Source of the DNA: Rhodospirillaceae bacterium
GTDB lineage: Bacteria > Pseudomonadota > Alphaproteobacteria > Kiloniellales > DSM-21159
Length of the DNA stretch: 64,000 bases
NCBI GenBank assembly: GCA_029265995.1
Contig: JAJUFM010000002.1
Location: forward strand, 2,956-66,955
Direction of reading: 5' to 3'
Shown here: one piece after another, positions 10,401-19,079 of the stretch
How the letters are laid out: every line of letters begins with the position of its first letter
How positions within the stretch are numbered: position 1 is the first letter of the stretch
Translations under genes and position numbers: made by a program
Notes under the pieces: model-generated
What the model saw: the letters and a program-made list of their open reading frames with translations, nothing else
The model's database searches: none
Told to the model about the DNA's origin: nothing

Positions 10401-10936
10401 GCCGGCTCCGCGAGAGGATTGCCTGAAGCAGGTTCCTCCTTTGGCTCCTCCGGAACGGGAGAAACGGCAGCGATCTCGCCCATCTCCAGCATGGGCGCCG
10501 CATCGATCATATTCGCCTTCAGCATGGTCGCCACCCTTTCGAGGGCGGCGATGATCCACGCCTGCTCCCAATCCGGAAGCTGATCGAACTCACTTTGAAA
10601 CAGCGTCTGAAGACTGCTGGGTAGCTGCGCGAGCATTTCGCGCCCCTCCTCCGTCACCTCGACCCACACGCGTCGCCGGTCGGTATCGCCTCGGCGACGA
10701 CGCACGAGGGCCCGCGCCTCCAGGCGATCCAGCAGAGTTGTGACAGTCGCCTGGCTTAGCGCGGTGCGCTTGGCAATGGCTCCGGCGGTAGCTTCGCCTT
10801 CCTCCCCCAGGATCTGCAGCACGATCAGTTGCGAGTTGGTAAGCGCTGCGTTCTTGGCCAGGCGGCGCGCGCTGAACTCTGTGGCGCGCAGAATTCGACG
10901 AAGGGCGATCAGCGCCTGCTGGCTTCTTTCCGGCAT
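10367..10936 (-). CDS. ectR: MarR-family transcriptional regulator, EctR-like by position
   Basis: 189 aa with a winged-HTH MarR core (LTNSQLIVLQIL...RRRGDTDRRRVWVEVT). It is transcribed divergently from ectA. Its 3' end overlaps the convergent DUF455 gene by 34 nt. Confidence 0.75.
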   Translation of the reverse strand: MPERSQQALIALRRILRATEFSARRLAKNAALTNSQLIVLQILGEEGEATAGAIAKRTALSQATVTTLLDRLEARALVRRRRGDTDRRRVWVEVTEEGREMLAQLPSSLQTLFQSEFDQLPDWEQAWIIAALERVATMLKANMIDAAPMLEMGEIAAVSPVPEEPKEEPASGNPLAEPAQPSGRSTRGA

Positions 10937-11152
10937 CTTGTTCCCATCCAGACCGAAGGATCAGGCATAGCGCAACCGCCGACTCCTTCCAACTTTCGTG
11001 AAGGTTTTCCGGTCTGGCGCCATACCTTTGTACTTCGATAGTCGAATTTATTAACGCGAAGCTGCAGCGAATCGCTTCGACCATCAATTGACCGTTCTGC
11101 CCCAGAAATGTTTTTCTGTACTGGGTCTAAGCCATAACTGTTTGATTCTGCT

Positions 11153-11170
11153 TGCGAAGTATATTTCGCA
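11153..11170. promoter_or_regulatory. Palindrome TGCGAA-GTATAT-TTCGCA enclosing a -10-like TATATT; candidate EctR operator / ectA promoter
   Basis: Read directly from the sequence, about 100 nt upstream of the ectA ATG. Further TTCG-core palindromes lie at 11034-11046 and 11057-11079. Confidence 0.35.
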
Positions 11171-11267
11171 TCGAGTCTCCGCTCCTATAGAACGCGCCGG
11201 CAGCCTTGACGATTAGTTCGATGAATGAAATGTCATTGCCTCTGCTAACCGAAAGGAGCCGCCCCCC

Positions 11268-11816
11268 ATGCAGCTGCTCGCAACGGAGGAACGCATCAGA
11301 GTCGAGCCGGAAAGAGAACCGGCCGTTTTTCGCCGCCCACGCCTGGAGGATGGCAAGGCGGTTCAGGAGCTGATCGCCTCTTGTGCCTCGCTCGATGACA
11401 ACTCGCTCTACTGCAATTTTCTCCAATGCACGCACTTCGCCGACACCTGCATGCTCGCGGAGCAGGGGGACAAGGTTGTTGGCTGGATCTCCGCCTACCG
11501 CCCTCCGCGAGAGCCCGATACCCTGTTTGTTTGGCAGGTCGCCGTCAGCCCCGAGGCGCGCGGCAGAGGCATTGCCGGGCGACTGGTCGTGAGGCTCCTG
11601 GAGAGCCCGACGTGCCGCGACGTCAAGCGCCTGCGGGCCACCATCACGCCCAGCAACACAGCGTCCTGGCGGCTATTTGGTTCGATCGCGGATTCGCTCG
11701 ATGCACCGCTTAATCGGCAGCTGTGGCTCGACGCGGAGGCGGATTTTGACGGTGATCACGAAGCCGAATTCATGATTACCATCGGCCCCTTTCCAAGCTT
11801 GGCACAAAGCGCCTGA
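11268..11816 (+). CDS. ectA: L-2,4-diaminobutyrate acetyltransferase
   Basis: 182 aa GNAT protein with AGGAG upstream of the ATG. The N-terminal FRRPRLEDGKAV..LDDNSLYCNFL motif is typical of EctA. It is the first gene of ectABCD. Confidence 0.9.
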   Translation: MQLLATEERIRVEPEREPAVFRRPRLEDGKAVQELIASCASLDDNSLYCNFLQCTHFADTCMLAEQGDKVVGWISAYRPPREPDTLFVWQVAVSPEARGRGIAGRLVVRLLESPTCRDVKRLRATITPSNTASWRLFGSIADSLDAPLNRQLWLDAEADFDGDHEAEFMITIGPFPSLAQSA

Positions 11817-11851
11817 GCCGCCGCCTTTCCCAACACAGATTACGAGGCCCC

Positions 11852-13159
11852 ATGCCACATCAAGACACACCAGAACCCACTCCAGCGAAAAACACTTTCC
11901 TGCGCCTGGAATCTGAAGTGCGCAGCTATTGCCGCAGCTTTCCTACCGTCTTTACAAGCGCGCAGGGCGCTACGTTGCGCGATGCCTCGGGAAGGACCTA
12001 CCTCGACTTCCTGGCCGGCTGTTCGACGCTCAACTACGGACACAACGACCCTGACTTGAAAGCAGCCCTAATCGACTACATCGCGGGGGACGGCATCGCG
12101 CACGGCCTCGACATGTATACCGAGGCCAAGGAAGCCTTCCTGGCTGAGTTCGAGGCAACGGTGCTCAAGCCACGCGGGCTTGACTATCGGGTTCAGTTTC
12201 CCGGGCCGACCGGTGCGAACACGGTGGAGGCTGCGATCAAGCTGGCGCGGAAGGCGACCGGACGACACAACGTGGTCGCTTTCACCAATGGCTTCCACGG
12301 CGCGACCCTGGGCGCTTTGGCCGCCACCGGAAACAGCCATCACCGCGGCGGCGCCGGCATCGCGCTCACAGGTGTGACGCGGGTTCCTTATGCGGGCTAC
12401 CATGGCGAGGACGTCGATACGGCAGAGATGCTCGACCGCATGCTGAACGACCCCTCGAGCGGCGTGGATGCGCCTGCGGCGATCCTTCTCGAAACCGTTC
12501 AGGGCGAGGGCGGCCTCAACGTGGCGCCGGTGGACTGGTTGCGCCGAATCGCTCAGATAGCCCGCGCGCATGGCGCCCTGCTGATCATCGACGATATCCA
12601 GGCCGGCTGCGGACGGGCGGGCACCTTCTTCAGCTTCGAAAACAGCGGGGTAAAGCCCGACATCGTCACCCTGGCGAAATCCCTGTCAGGAATGGGCCTC
12701 CCTTTCGCTCTGACGCTCGTGGCGCCGGAGTATGACCTTTGGAAGCCGGGCGAACACAACGGCACCTTCCGCGGCAACTGCCACGCCTTCGTGACGGCGC
12801 GTGCGGCCCTCGCAAAGTTCTGGCGAGACGGGTCCTTCCAGACGGCGATCGAGCAGAAGAGCGCCCTTCTGGAACGCCGGCTTACGGAAATGGTTGAGCG
12901 ATTCGGGCAGGACTTCCGCGTCAAGGGGCGTCGCATGATGCGCGGTCTCGATGTTCGTGACGGCGACCTGGCTAGCCGGGTCTGCAGCGAAGCCTTTTTG
13001 CGAGGCCTCGTCATCGAGACCAGTGGCGCCCACGACGAAGTGGTGAAGGTGCTGGCGCCGCTCACCATCACCGAGACCGAGTTTGCGCAAGGTCTCGATA
13101 TTCTGGAGCGGGCCGTCGCCGCCGCACTGGAAGCCCCGGCAGCCGTTGCTGCCGAATAA
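11852..13159 (+). CDS. ectB: Diaminobutyrate--2-oxoglutarate transaminase
   Basis: 435 aa class-III PLP aminotransferase ([17 protein letters not shown]-terminus, [14 protein letters not shown]-Lys region TLAKSLSG). Confidence 0.93.
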   Translation: MPHQDTPEPTPAKNTFLRLESEVRSYCRSFPTVFTSAQGATLRDASGRTYLDFLAGCSTLNYGHNDPDLKAALIDYIAGDGIAHGLDMYTEAKEAFLAEFEATVLKPRGLDYRVQFPGPTGANTVEAAIKLARKATGRHNVVAFTNGFHGATLGALAATGNSHHRGGAGIALTGVTRVPYAGYHGEDVDTAEMLDRMLNDPSSGVDAPAAILLETVQGEGGLNVAPVDWLRRIAQIARAHGALLIIDDIQAGCGRAGTFFSFENSGVKPDIVTLAKSLSGMGLPFALTLVAPEYDLWKPGEHNGTFRGNCHAFVTARAALAKFWRDGSFQTAIEQKSALLERRLTEMVERFGQDFRVKGRRMMRGLDVRDGDLASRVCSEAFLRGLVIETSGAHDEVVKVLAPLTITETEFAQGLDILERAVAAALEAPAAVAAE

Positions 13160-13193
13160 AGAAGAACCAACACAAGAAAAGGTAACTACAGCC

Positions 13194-13586
13194 ATGATAG
13201 TTCGCGATTTAGCGGAAGCGCGCACAACCCGTCGGCATGTCGAATCAAAGGGTTGGGACAGCACGCGGCTGCTTTTGAAGTCCGATAATATGGGCTTCTC
13301 GTTCCATATCACGACGATCTACGCCGGCGGCGACCTGCCGATGCACTACAAGAACCATCTCGAGGCGGTGTACTGCATCTCTGGCGAAGGCGAGATAGAA
13401 GATCTGGCAACCGGCGAGGTCCACCAGATCCGGCCCGGCGTGCTCTACGCGCTGGATAAGAACGACAAGCACATTCTGCGCGGTCGCACGGAGATGACCA
13501 TGGCATGCGTCTTCAACCCGCCGCTCAACGGCCGTGAGGTGCATGACGAAACCGGCGCCTACGCGCTCGAAGGCGAAACCATCTAG
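13194..13586 (+). CDS. ectC: L-ectoine synthase
   Basis: An internal ATG at 13194 gives 130 aa starting MIVRDL, the canonical EctC N-terminus. The cupin core is present. The longer ORF-track start at 13083 would overlap ectB. Confidence 0.93.
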   Translation: MIVRDLAEARTTRRHVESKGWDSTRLLLKSDNMGFSFHITTIYAGGDLPMHYKNHLEAVYCISGEGEIEDLATGEVHQIRPGVLYALDKNDKHILRGRTEMTMACVFNPPLNGREVHDETGAYALEGETI

Positions 13587-13673
13587 GCTGTGGCTGGAAC
13601 TGGAAATGGCCGCGAGAAATCTTCTCTGCGGCCTGTTTCCTCACGTCTGTTCACTAAGCATGGAGCGTACACT

Positions 13674-14597
13674 ATGACAGAGAGAAGGGATCTCTATCCT
13701 TCGAGGGTTTCGACAGAGCCCCACTTTCTGCCGCGTGTCGATCCCGTGGTCTATTCCAACTGGAGTGAAGAGGCCCCCCTGACCCGGGAGCAGTACGAAG
13801 CCTATGAACGCGACGGCTTCCTCTTCCTTGAAGGACTGCTCAGCCAGTCTGAGGTCCAGGACTTGCTGCAGGAATCAGCTCGCCTACGCAGCGGTGATGC
13901 AGAACTGGACCCGGAAACCGTCTTTGCGGAGATGGAGTCGGGCGACATTCGTTCGATCTTCCGAGTGCATGCCCAAAGCCCCGTGATGAAGGCGCTCGTC
14001 GCTGATCCACGGCTCGCCGGCCTCGCCGAATTCCTCCTCGGCGATCAGGTGTACATCCATCAGTCCCGCCTTAATTACAAGCCGGGCTTCCGAGGCAAGG
14101 AATTCTATTGGCACTCGGACTTCGAAACCTGGCATGTGGAAGACGGCATGCCGCGCATGCGAGCCCTCTCCATGTCAGTGCTGCTGACGGATAACCACGA
14201 ATATAACGGCCCGCTCATGCTGATGCCGGGCTCCCACAAGACCTTTGTCACGACCATCGGCGAAACGCCGGCAGATCACTACAAAAAGTCCCTGCGGCGC
14301 CAGGAGATTGGTGTTCCGGATGACGACAGCCTAACCCGTCTTTTTGAAGAGAGCGCCATCGTAACTCCCAAGGGCCGAGCCGGCTCAGTGATCATTTTTG
14401 ACTGCAACACGATGCATGGGTCAGCCAGCAACATCACCCCCTTGCCGCGGTCAAATGCCTTCTTCGTGTTCAACGCCCTTTCCAACCGACTGGAAGCGCC
14501 CTTCGGCAAGGTCGATCCGCGGCCGGAGTTCGTGGCGGCCCGCGCTGACACCACTCCCATCACCTCTCTTCCGAAACAGCTAGCGGCTGCAGAATGA
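13674..14597 (+). CDS. ectD: Ectoine hydroxylase
   Basis: ATG 13674 is preceded by GGAG and gives 307 aa. The EctD signature FYWHSDFETWHVEDGMP is present, and the fold is Fe(II)/2OG-dioxygenase. Confidence 0.9.
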   Translation: MTERRDLYPSRVSTEPHFLPRVDPVVYSNWSEEAPLTREQYEAYERDGFLFLEGLLSQSEVQDLLQESARLRSGDAELDPETVFAEMESGDIRSIFRVHAQSPVMKALVADPRLAGLAEFLLGDQVYIHQSRLNYKPGFRGKEFYWHSDFETWHVEDGMPRMRALSMSVLLTDNHEYNGPLMLMPGSHKTFVTTIGETPADHYKKSLRRQEIGVPDDDSLTRLFEESAIVTPKGRAGSVIIFDCNTMHGSASNITPLPRSNAFFVFNALSNRLEAPFGKVDPRPEFVAARADTTPITSLPKQLAAAE

Positions 14598-16054
14598 TGA
14601 ATTTCAACGGCCGACACACGGTCGAAAAGATCGGCGGCACCTCCATGAATGCGACCGAGGCGCTGCTAGACAATGTCCTGATTCGCGGGCGCAAGGGCGC
14701 CGACCTCTACAATCGCATTTTCGTCGTCTCCGCCTTCGGCGGCGTCACCGACCGTCTTCTCGAAAAGAAGAAGACGGGGGAGCCCGGCGTCTTCGCGCTC
14801 TTCGCAGGTGCTGAGTCCGAAGAGCGCTGGAGTGATGCGCTGACCGAAGTGGGCGACCGCCTGCGCGCCATCAATCACGAGGTGCTGGACGACGCCGGCG
14901 ACCGCCTGGAAGCCGACGCCTTCGTCACCGAGCGGATTGAAGGTGTGCGCACCTGCCTACATGATCTGCAGCGCTTGTGCGCGCTGGGTCCCTTCCGCCT
15001 GGAAGAGCATCTTTCGACGGTCCGGGAGATGGTCTCCGCTCTCGGCGAGGCGCATTCCGCGAAGACGACGACGCTTCTGCTGCGGCGCCGAGGCGTCAAT
15101 GCCCGCTTCATCGATCTGACAGGCTGGCGGGACGACCTCCATCCCTCGCTCGACGAACGCATCGCCAATGCCTTCCACGATGTCGACGTTACCCGAGAGC
15201 TTCCGATCGCCAGCGGCTATGCGCACTGCGGGGACGGCCTGATGAGAAGTTACGACCGCGGCTATACCGAGGTCACCTTCTCCCGCTTGGCGGTGCTGAC
15301 AGGCGCGCGCGAAGCCATCATCCACAAGGAATTCCACCTGTGCAGCGCTGACCCAAAGATCGTCGGCCTGGACCAGGTGCGGGTGATCGGGCGCACCAAC
15401 TACGACGTGGCGGACCAGCTCGCCAACATGGGGATGGAGGCTATTCACCCGCGCGCCGCCAAGGGGCTTCGCCAGGCTGGTATCCCCTTGCGGGTCAAGA
15501 ACACCTTCGAGCCCGCCGACGAGGGCACGCTGATCCTGGATGACCTGGGCAGCGCGCCAGCGCGCATCGACATCGTCACCGGCCTGCGCAGCATCTTTGC
15601 TCTCCAATTCTTCGAACAGGACATGGTCGGCGTGAAGGGCTACGACGCCACGATCCTCGAGATGCTGAAGCGCCACAAGGTTCGGATCGTCACCAAGAGC
15701 TCCAACGCCAACACCATCACCCATTACCTCGAAGGCGCGATGAAGGCGGTGCGGCGTGTTGAGCGAGATCTTGCCGAGAGCTATCCCTCGGCCGTGATCG
15801 AGATTCGAAAGGTAGCACTGGTCTCCATTATCGGTCGGGACCTGGCGCTGCCCGGGCTCGCAATGCGGTCTCTGGCCGCCCTTGCTGACGCCGGCGTAGA
15901 GCCTCTGGGCATGCATGATCTGCTGCGCAGCGTCGACCTTCAGTTCATGGTGCGGGAGGAAGACTACGAGATTGCGATTGCCGCTCTCCATCACGCCCTC
16001 GTCAGCTCAGAGGTCCCCGAAGCGCGCTCTGTTGCGACCGCGCACGCCGCCTAG
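14594..16054 (+). CDS. ask: Aspartate kinase, ectoine-cluster-associated type (Ask_Ect-like)
   Basis: 486 aa. It has a VEKIGGTSM kinase N-terminus and C-terminal ACT-like region. An ATGA overlap joins it to the ectD stop. Confidence 0.88.
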   Translation: MMNFNGRHTVEKIGGTSMNATEALLDNVLIRGRKGADLYNRIFVVSAFGGVTDRLLEKKKTGEPGVFALFAGAESEERWSDALTEVGDRLRAINHEVLDDAGDRLEADAFVTERIEGVRTCLHDLQRLCALGPFRLEEHLSTVREMVSALGEAHSAKTTTLLLRRRGVNARFIDLTGWRDDLHPSLDERIANAFHDVDVTRELPIASGYAHCGDGLMRSYDRGYTEVTFSRLAVLTGAREAIIHKEFHLCSADPKIVGLDQVRVIGRTNYDVADQLANMGMEAIHPRAAKGLRQAGIPLRVKNTFEPADEGTLILDDLGSAPARIDIVTGLRSIFALQFFEQDMVGVKGYDATILEMLKRHKVRIVTKSSNANTITHYLEGAMKAVRRVERDLAESYPSAVIEIRKVALVSIIGRDLALPGLAMRSLAALADAGVEPLGMHDLLRSVDLQFMVREEDYEIAIAALHHALVSSEVPEARSVATAHAA

Positions 16055-16156
16055 GCAATTCACGATAACCACCTCCAGCAGAAATGCCCTTCTGAGAAGC
16101 TTAGGAACTTGGACCGGCGACGTACTGCCCGGCGACCTTCTTCGCAAAGGATGCGG

Positions 16157-16477
16157 TTACCCCGGCCCGTGGGGAGCGGAAACCAGCTTCAGAAAGGTCC
16201 GTTCCTCCCGAAGCAGGAACTTCTCGGCTTGGGCGAAGGCGTAGTTCTCCCGCCCAAGAGGATCAGCGGCGAGTTTCTCGCGGTAAGTTTCGTAGGCTGC
16301 AAGGCTTGGGATGTTGTAGATGCCATAGGCCAGCGTGCTGGATCCTTCGTGCGGCGCGAAATAGCCGATCAGATCCGCGCCGCACCGCGGGATGGCTTGC
16401 CCCCAGTTCCGGGCGTAGCGAACAAAGGCATCCTTCTTGGTGGGATCGATTTCATAGCGGATAACGCACGTCAGCAT
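16157..16477 (-). CDS. NIPSNAP family protein
   Basis: 106 aa with an MLTCVIRYEIDP... dimeric alpha-beta-barrel pattern. It is divergent from the ArsR gene. Confidence 0.8.
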   Translation of the reverse strand: MLTCVIRYEIDPTKKDAFVRYARNWGQAIPRCGADLIGYFAPHEGSSTLAYGIYNIPSLAAYETYREKLAADPLGRENYAFAQAEKFLLREERTFLKLVSAPHGPG

Positions 16478-16531
16478 GAATAGAGCTCCTTTCGGTTTGC
16501 GCTACCACTGCTAACCGATTGTGCGCGCGTG

Positions 16532-16555
16532 ATGCTTCGATTAGCATCGAAGCAT
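16532..16555. promoter_or_regulatory. Perfect 10-4-10 palindrome ATGCTTCGAT-TAGC-ATCGAAGCAT; candidate ArsR-family operator
   Basis: Read directly from the sequence. It lies in the 76-nt divergent NIPSNAP/ArsR gap, and its right arm overlaps the ArsR start codon (16554). Confidence 0.4.
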
Positions 16556-17246
16556 GAAGGACGGTCCGGACATCGCGCGCATCGCCAGCCTGATCGGAGA
16601 TCCAGCGCGGGCAAACATGCTGACGGCTCTGATGGCGGGTAAGGCGCTGACCGCGAGCGAACTGGCGCAGGAAGCCGGCATTACCCTTCAAACCGCCAGT
16701 TCCCACCTGCGAAAACTGGAACTAGGTGGATTGCTGCAGCCCCTCAGGCAAGGGCGACACAAGTATTTTTCCCTTGCCAACGAAGAGGTTGCACAAACGC
16801 TGGAGGCGCTAATGGGGCTGGCGGCCAATGTTGGTCTCCTCAGAACCCGCCCTGGTCCGAAGGATAAGGCGCTTCGCGAAGCCCGCGTCTGCTATAACCA
16901 CCTCGCCGGGAACATGGGCACGCGCCTCTTCGACAGCCTGGTCTCAAGAGGCTTTCTGCGCCTCGCAGATGACGAAATCAGCCTCACCTCCTCCGGAGCG
17001 ATCTTCGTTCAGGAATTCGGCATTGATCTGGGACAGCTGAGGGCCGGGCGCTCCCGCCTGTGCCGCCGCTGTCTCGACTGGAGCGAGCGGCGCTCACACC
17101 TCGCCGGGAGCCTCGGCCGCGCGCTGTTCACGCGCATCGAAGAACTGGGGTGGGCCGCACGCGATCGAGAAAGCCGGGTCGTCACCTTCACGCCTCACGG
17201 CAGGGCCGCCTTCAATAAATTGCTCGGCCACCAGGAAGCGATTTAG
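16554..17246 (+). CDS. ArsR-family winged-HTH transcriptional regulator with C-terminal extension
   Basis: 230 aa. The N-terminal motif is LIGDPARANMLTALMAGKALTASELAQEAGITLQTASSHLRKL. Confidence 0.8.
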   Translation: MKDGPDIARIASLIGDPARANMLTALMAGKALTASELAQEAGITLQTASSHLRKLELGGLLQPLRQGRHKYFSLANEEVAQTLEALMGLAANVGLLRTRPGPKDKALREARVCYNHLAGNMGTRLFDSLVSRGFLRLADDEISLTSSGAIFVQEFGIDLGQLRAGRSRLCRRCLDWSERRSHLAGSLGRALFTRIEELGWAARDRESRVVTFTPHGRAAFNKLLGHQEAI

Positions 17247-19036
17247 CGCCCGATCGCATAGGCCTGCATCAGCCGAGGCGTCGCTGCTGCCTGCAGCCGG
17301 CCATCAGCATGGCGCAAGGTGGCCGTGAGGCGACCGATCGTGTTGGCAGGCGAAACAAGAATTTCATGGCCTCGCTCCCTCAGTCCGGAGATCGTCTCTT
17401 CCGGAAAAGAGGCCTCCAGCATCAAGCGGCCCGGGTTGGCATGCCTGGGAAAGAAAGAGGCCTGGAAGTGCTGGGAGTGGAACAGCGGCGCATCGATGCC
17501 TTCCTGCAGATTCAGGCCGTGATGAACGAAGCGCAGGAGCCAGATCAACTGCCACTGATCCTGCTGGTCACCGCCGGGAGTTCCAAAGGCAAGCCCCCTG
17601 CCATCCTCATGAAGCGCCAGCGATGGCGTCAGCGTCGTGCGAGGTCGCGCACCAGGCCGTAGCGTTGAGGCCAATCCCTCATCGAGCCAGAACATCTGCG
17701 CTCGTGAGTTGAGCGCGAACCCAAGGCCAGGAACAATCGAATTGGACTGTAGCCAGCCACCGGAGGGAGTGGCAGAAACCATGTTGCCGTGGCGATCGAT
17801 GATGTCGAGGTGGACGGTATCCCCTCGAACATCGGTGAGATGCGCCATGGTCGGCTCACCTGTAGCGGGATTGTCTTCTACCTCTATCCGCCGCTGCGCG
17901 CGCGTAACCACGGCTTCCGCCAAGTTCTCGTAACCCGGGAGGATGCCCGGCCGCTGATCAAGAGAGGCCTGCTCGCCGATCAGCTTTGCCCGCTCCCGTC
18001 CATAGTCTTCGGCAAGCAGCTGCGCGATCGGGACATCGAAGAAGTCCGGGTCGCCGTAATAGGCTTCACGATCGGCCCAGGCGAGCTTGATGGCTTCGAC
18101 CACTGTGTGCACGAACTGCGGCCCCATCGGGTCCATGGCTGAAAGGTCGAAGTTCTTCAGGATCTGCAAGGCCTGCAGAAGCACCGGCCCCTGGCCCCAG
18201 GGCCCCGTCTTATAGACCGTCCATCCGTGATAGGTGACGCTCAAGGGTTCCTCGACGCGCGCGCGCCACTGGCTCAGGTCTTCCCGGGCCAGGAAGGCGC
18301 GGTGGCGCCGGCCGGTCACGTCCATCACCTCCGCGGTTTTGAGCCAATCGGCGATGGTGTCCGCCACAAAACCATCGCTCCAGGCCGAACGCGCCGCATC
18401 AATCCGCTCCTCCCTGCTCTTTCCGACAGCAAGATCGCAGATGCGCTGCCAGGTCCGGGCTAGGTCGGGATTGCGCATAAGGCTTCCGGGCTGAGGCACG
18501 ACATCGCCCGGCGCCCATACCTCCGCGGAGGAAGGCCAATGCGCCTTGAAGAAGGGAAGCAGCTCGGCAATGGCATCGCTGACAGCCGGCAGGGTCGGGT
18601 AACCGTTCAGCAGATAATAGATGGTCGGCTCCAAAACCTCCTTTAGTTCCATGGTGCCGTGATCGCGCAGCAAGCTCAGCCAGCCGTCGAATGCTCCCGG
18701 CACGACAGTCGCAAGCAGGCCGGAGCCCGGGATAAGTTCCAGATCGAGCGCCCGCATTGCTTCCAGTGTCGCGGCTCTGGGTGCCGGTCCCTGGGCGCAG
18801 AGCACCTTTGGCTCCCTCTCCGGCGTCCGGTAGAGGACCGGCAGGTCTCCGGCGGGACCATTGAGATGCGGCTCCAGCACCTGCAACACAAAGCCGGTCG
18901 CCACCGCAGCATCAAAGGCATTCCCGCCGCGCTCCAGTATGGACATTCCCACCGCTGAGGCGATCCAGTGGGTCGAGGCTACCACGCCAAAGGTCCCCTG
19001 AATTTCTGGACGGGTCGTGAAGTTGATCATGGACAC
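17243..19036 (-). CDS. Gamma-glutamyltransferase-family (Ntn-hydrolase) protein, apparently cytoplasmic
   Basis: 597 aa with no signal peptide. GGT-like motifs are present, including the candidate nucleophile region RGDTVHLDIID. GAGGTG lies upstream of the ATG. Confidence 0.88.
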   Translation of the reverse strand: MSMINFTTRPEIQGTFGVVASTHWIASAVGMSILERGGNAFDAAVATGFVLQVLEPHLNGPAGDLPVLYRTPEREPKVLCAQGPAPRAATLEAMRALDLELIPGSGLLATVVPGAFDGWLSLLRDHGTMELKEVLEPTIYYLLNGYPTLPAVSDAIAELLPFFKAHWPSSAEVWAPGDVVPQPGSLMRNPDLARTWQRICDLAVGKSREERIDAARSAWSDGFVADTIADWLKTAEVMDVTGRRHRAFLAREDLSQWRARVEEPLSVTYHGWTVYKTGPWGQGPVLLQALQILKNFDLSAMDPMGPQFVHTVVEAIKLAWADREAYYGDPDFFDVPIAQLLAEDYGRERAKLIGEQASLDQRPGILPGYENLAEAVVTRAQRRIEVEDNPATGEPTMAHLTDVRGDTVHLDIIDRHGNMVSATPSGGWLQSNSIVPGLGFALNSRAQMFWLDEGLASTLRPGARPRTTLTPSLALHEDGRGLAFGTPGGDQQDQWQLIWLLRFVHHGLNLQEGIDAPLFHSQHFQASFFPRHANPGRLMLEASFPEETISGLRERGHEILVSPANTIGRLTATLRHADGRLQAAATPRLMQAYAIGR

Positions 19037-19079
19037 CTCAAAGGACTAGGGAAAACCTCTGGTTTTCGCTCGCTATGGC

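Noticed and set aside
14957-15994. 345-aa ORF antisense to the aspartokinase gene. Similar long shadow ORFs lie at 23489-24391, 35053-36048, 41553-42464, 47786-48928, 54881-55864, 56143-57024 and 59124-60041.
   Set aside because: Each lies entirely opposite a gene with unmistakable family motifs. Their translations are Arg/Ala/Gly/Pro-rich with no recognisable motifs, as expected for stop-poor antisense frames in GC-rich DNA.
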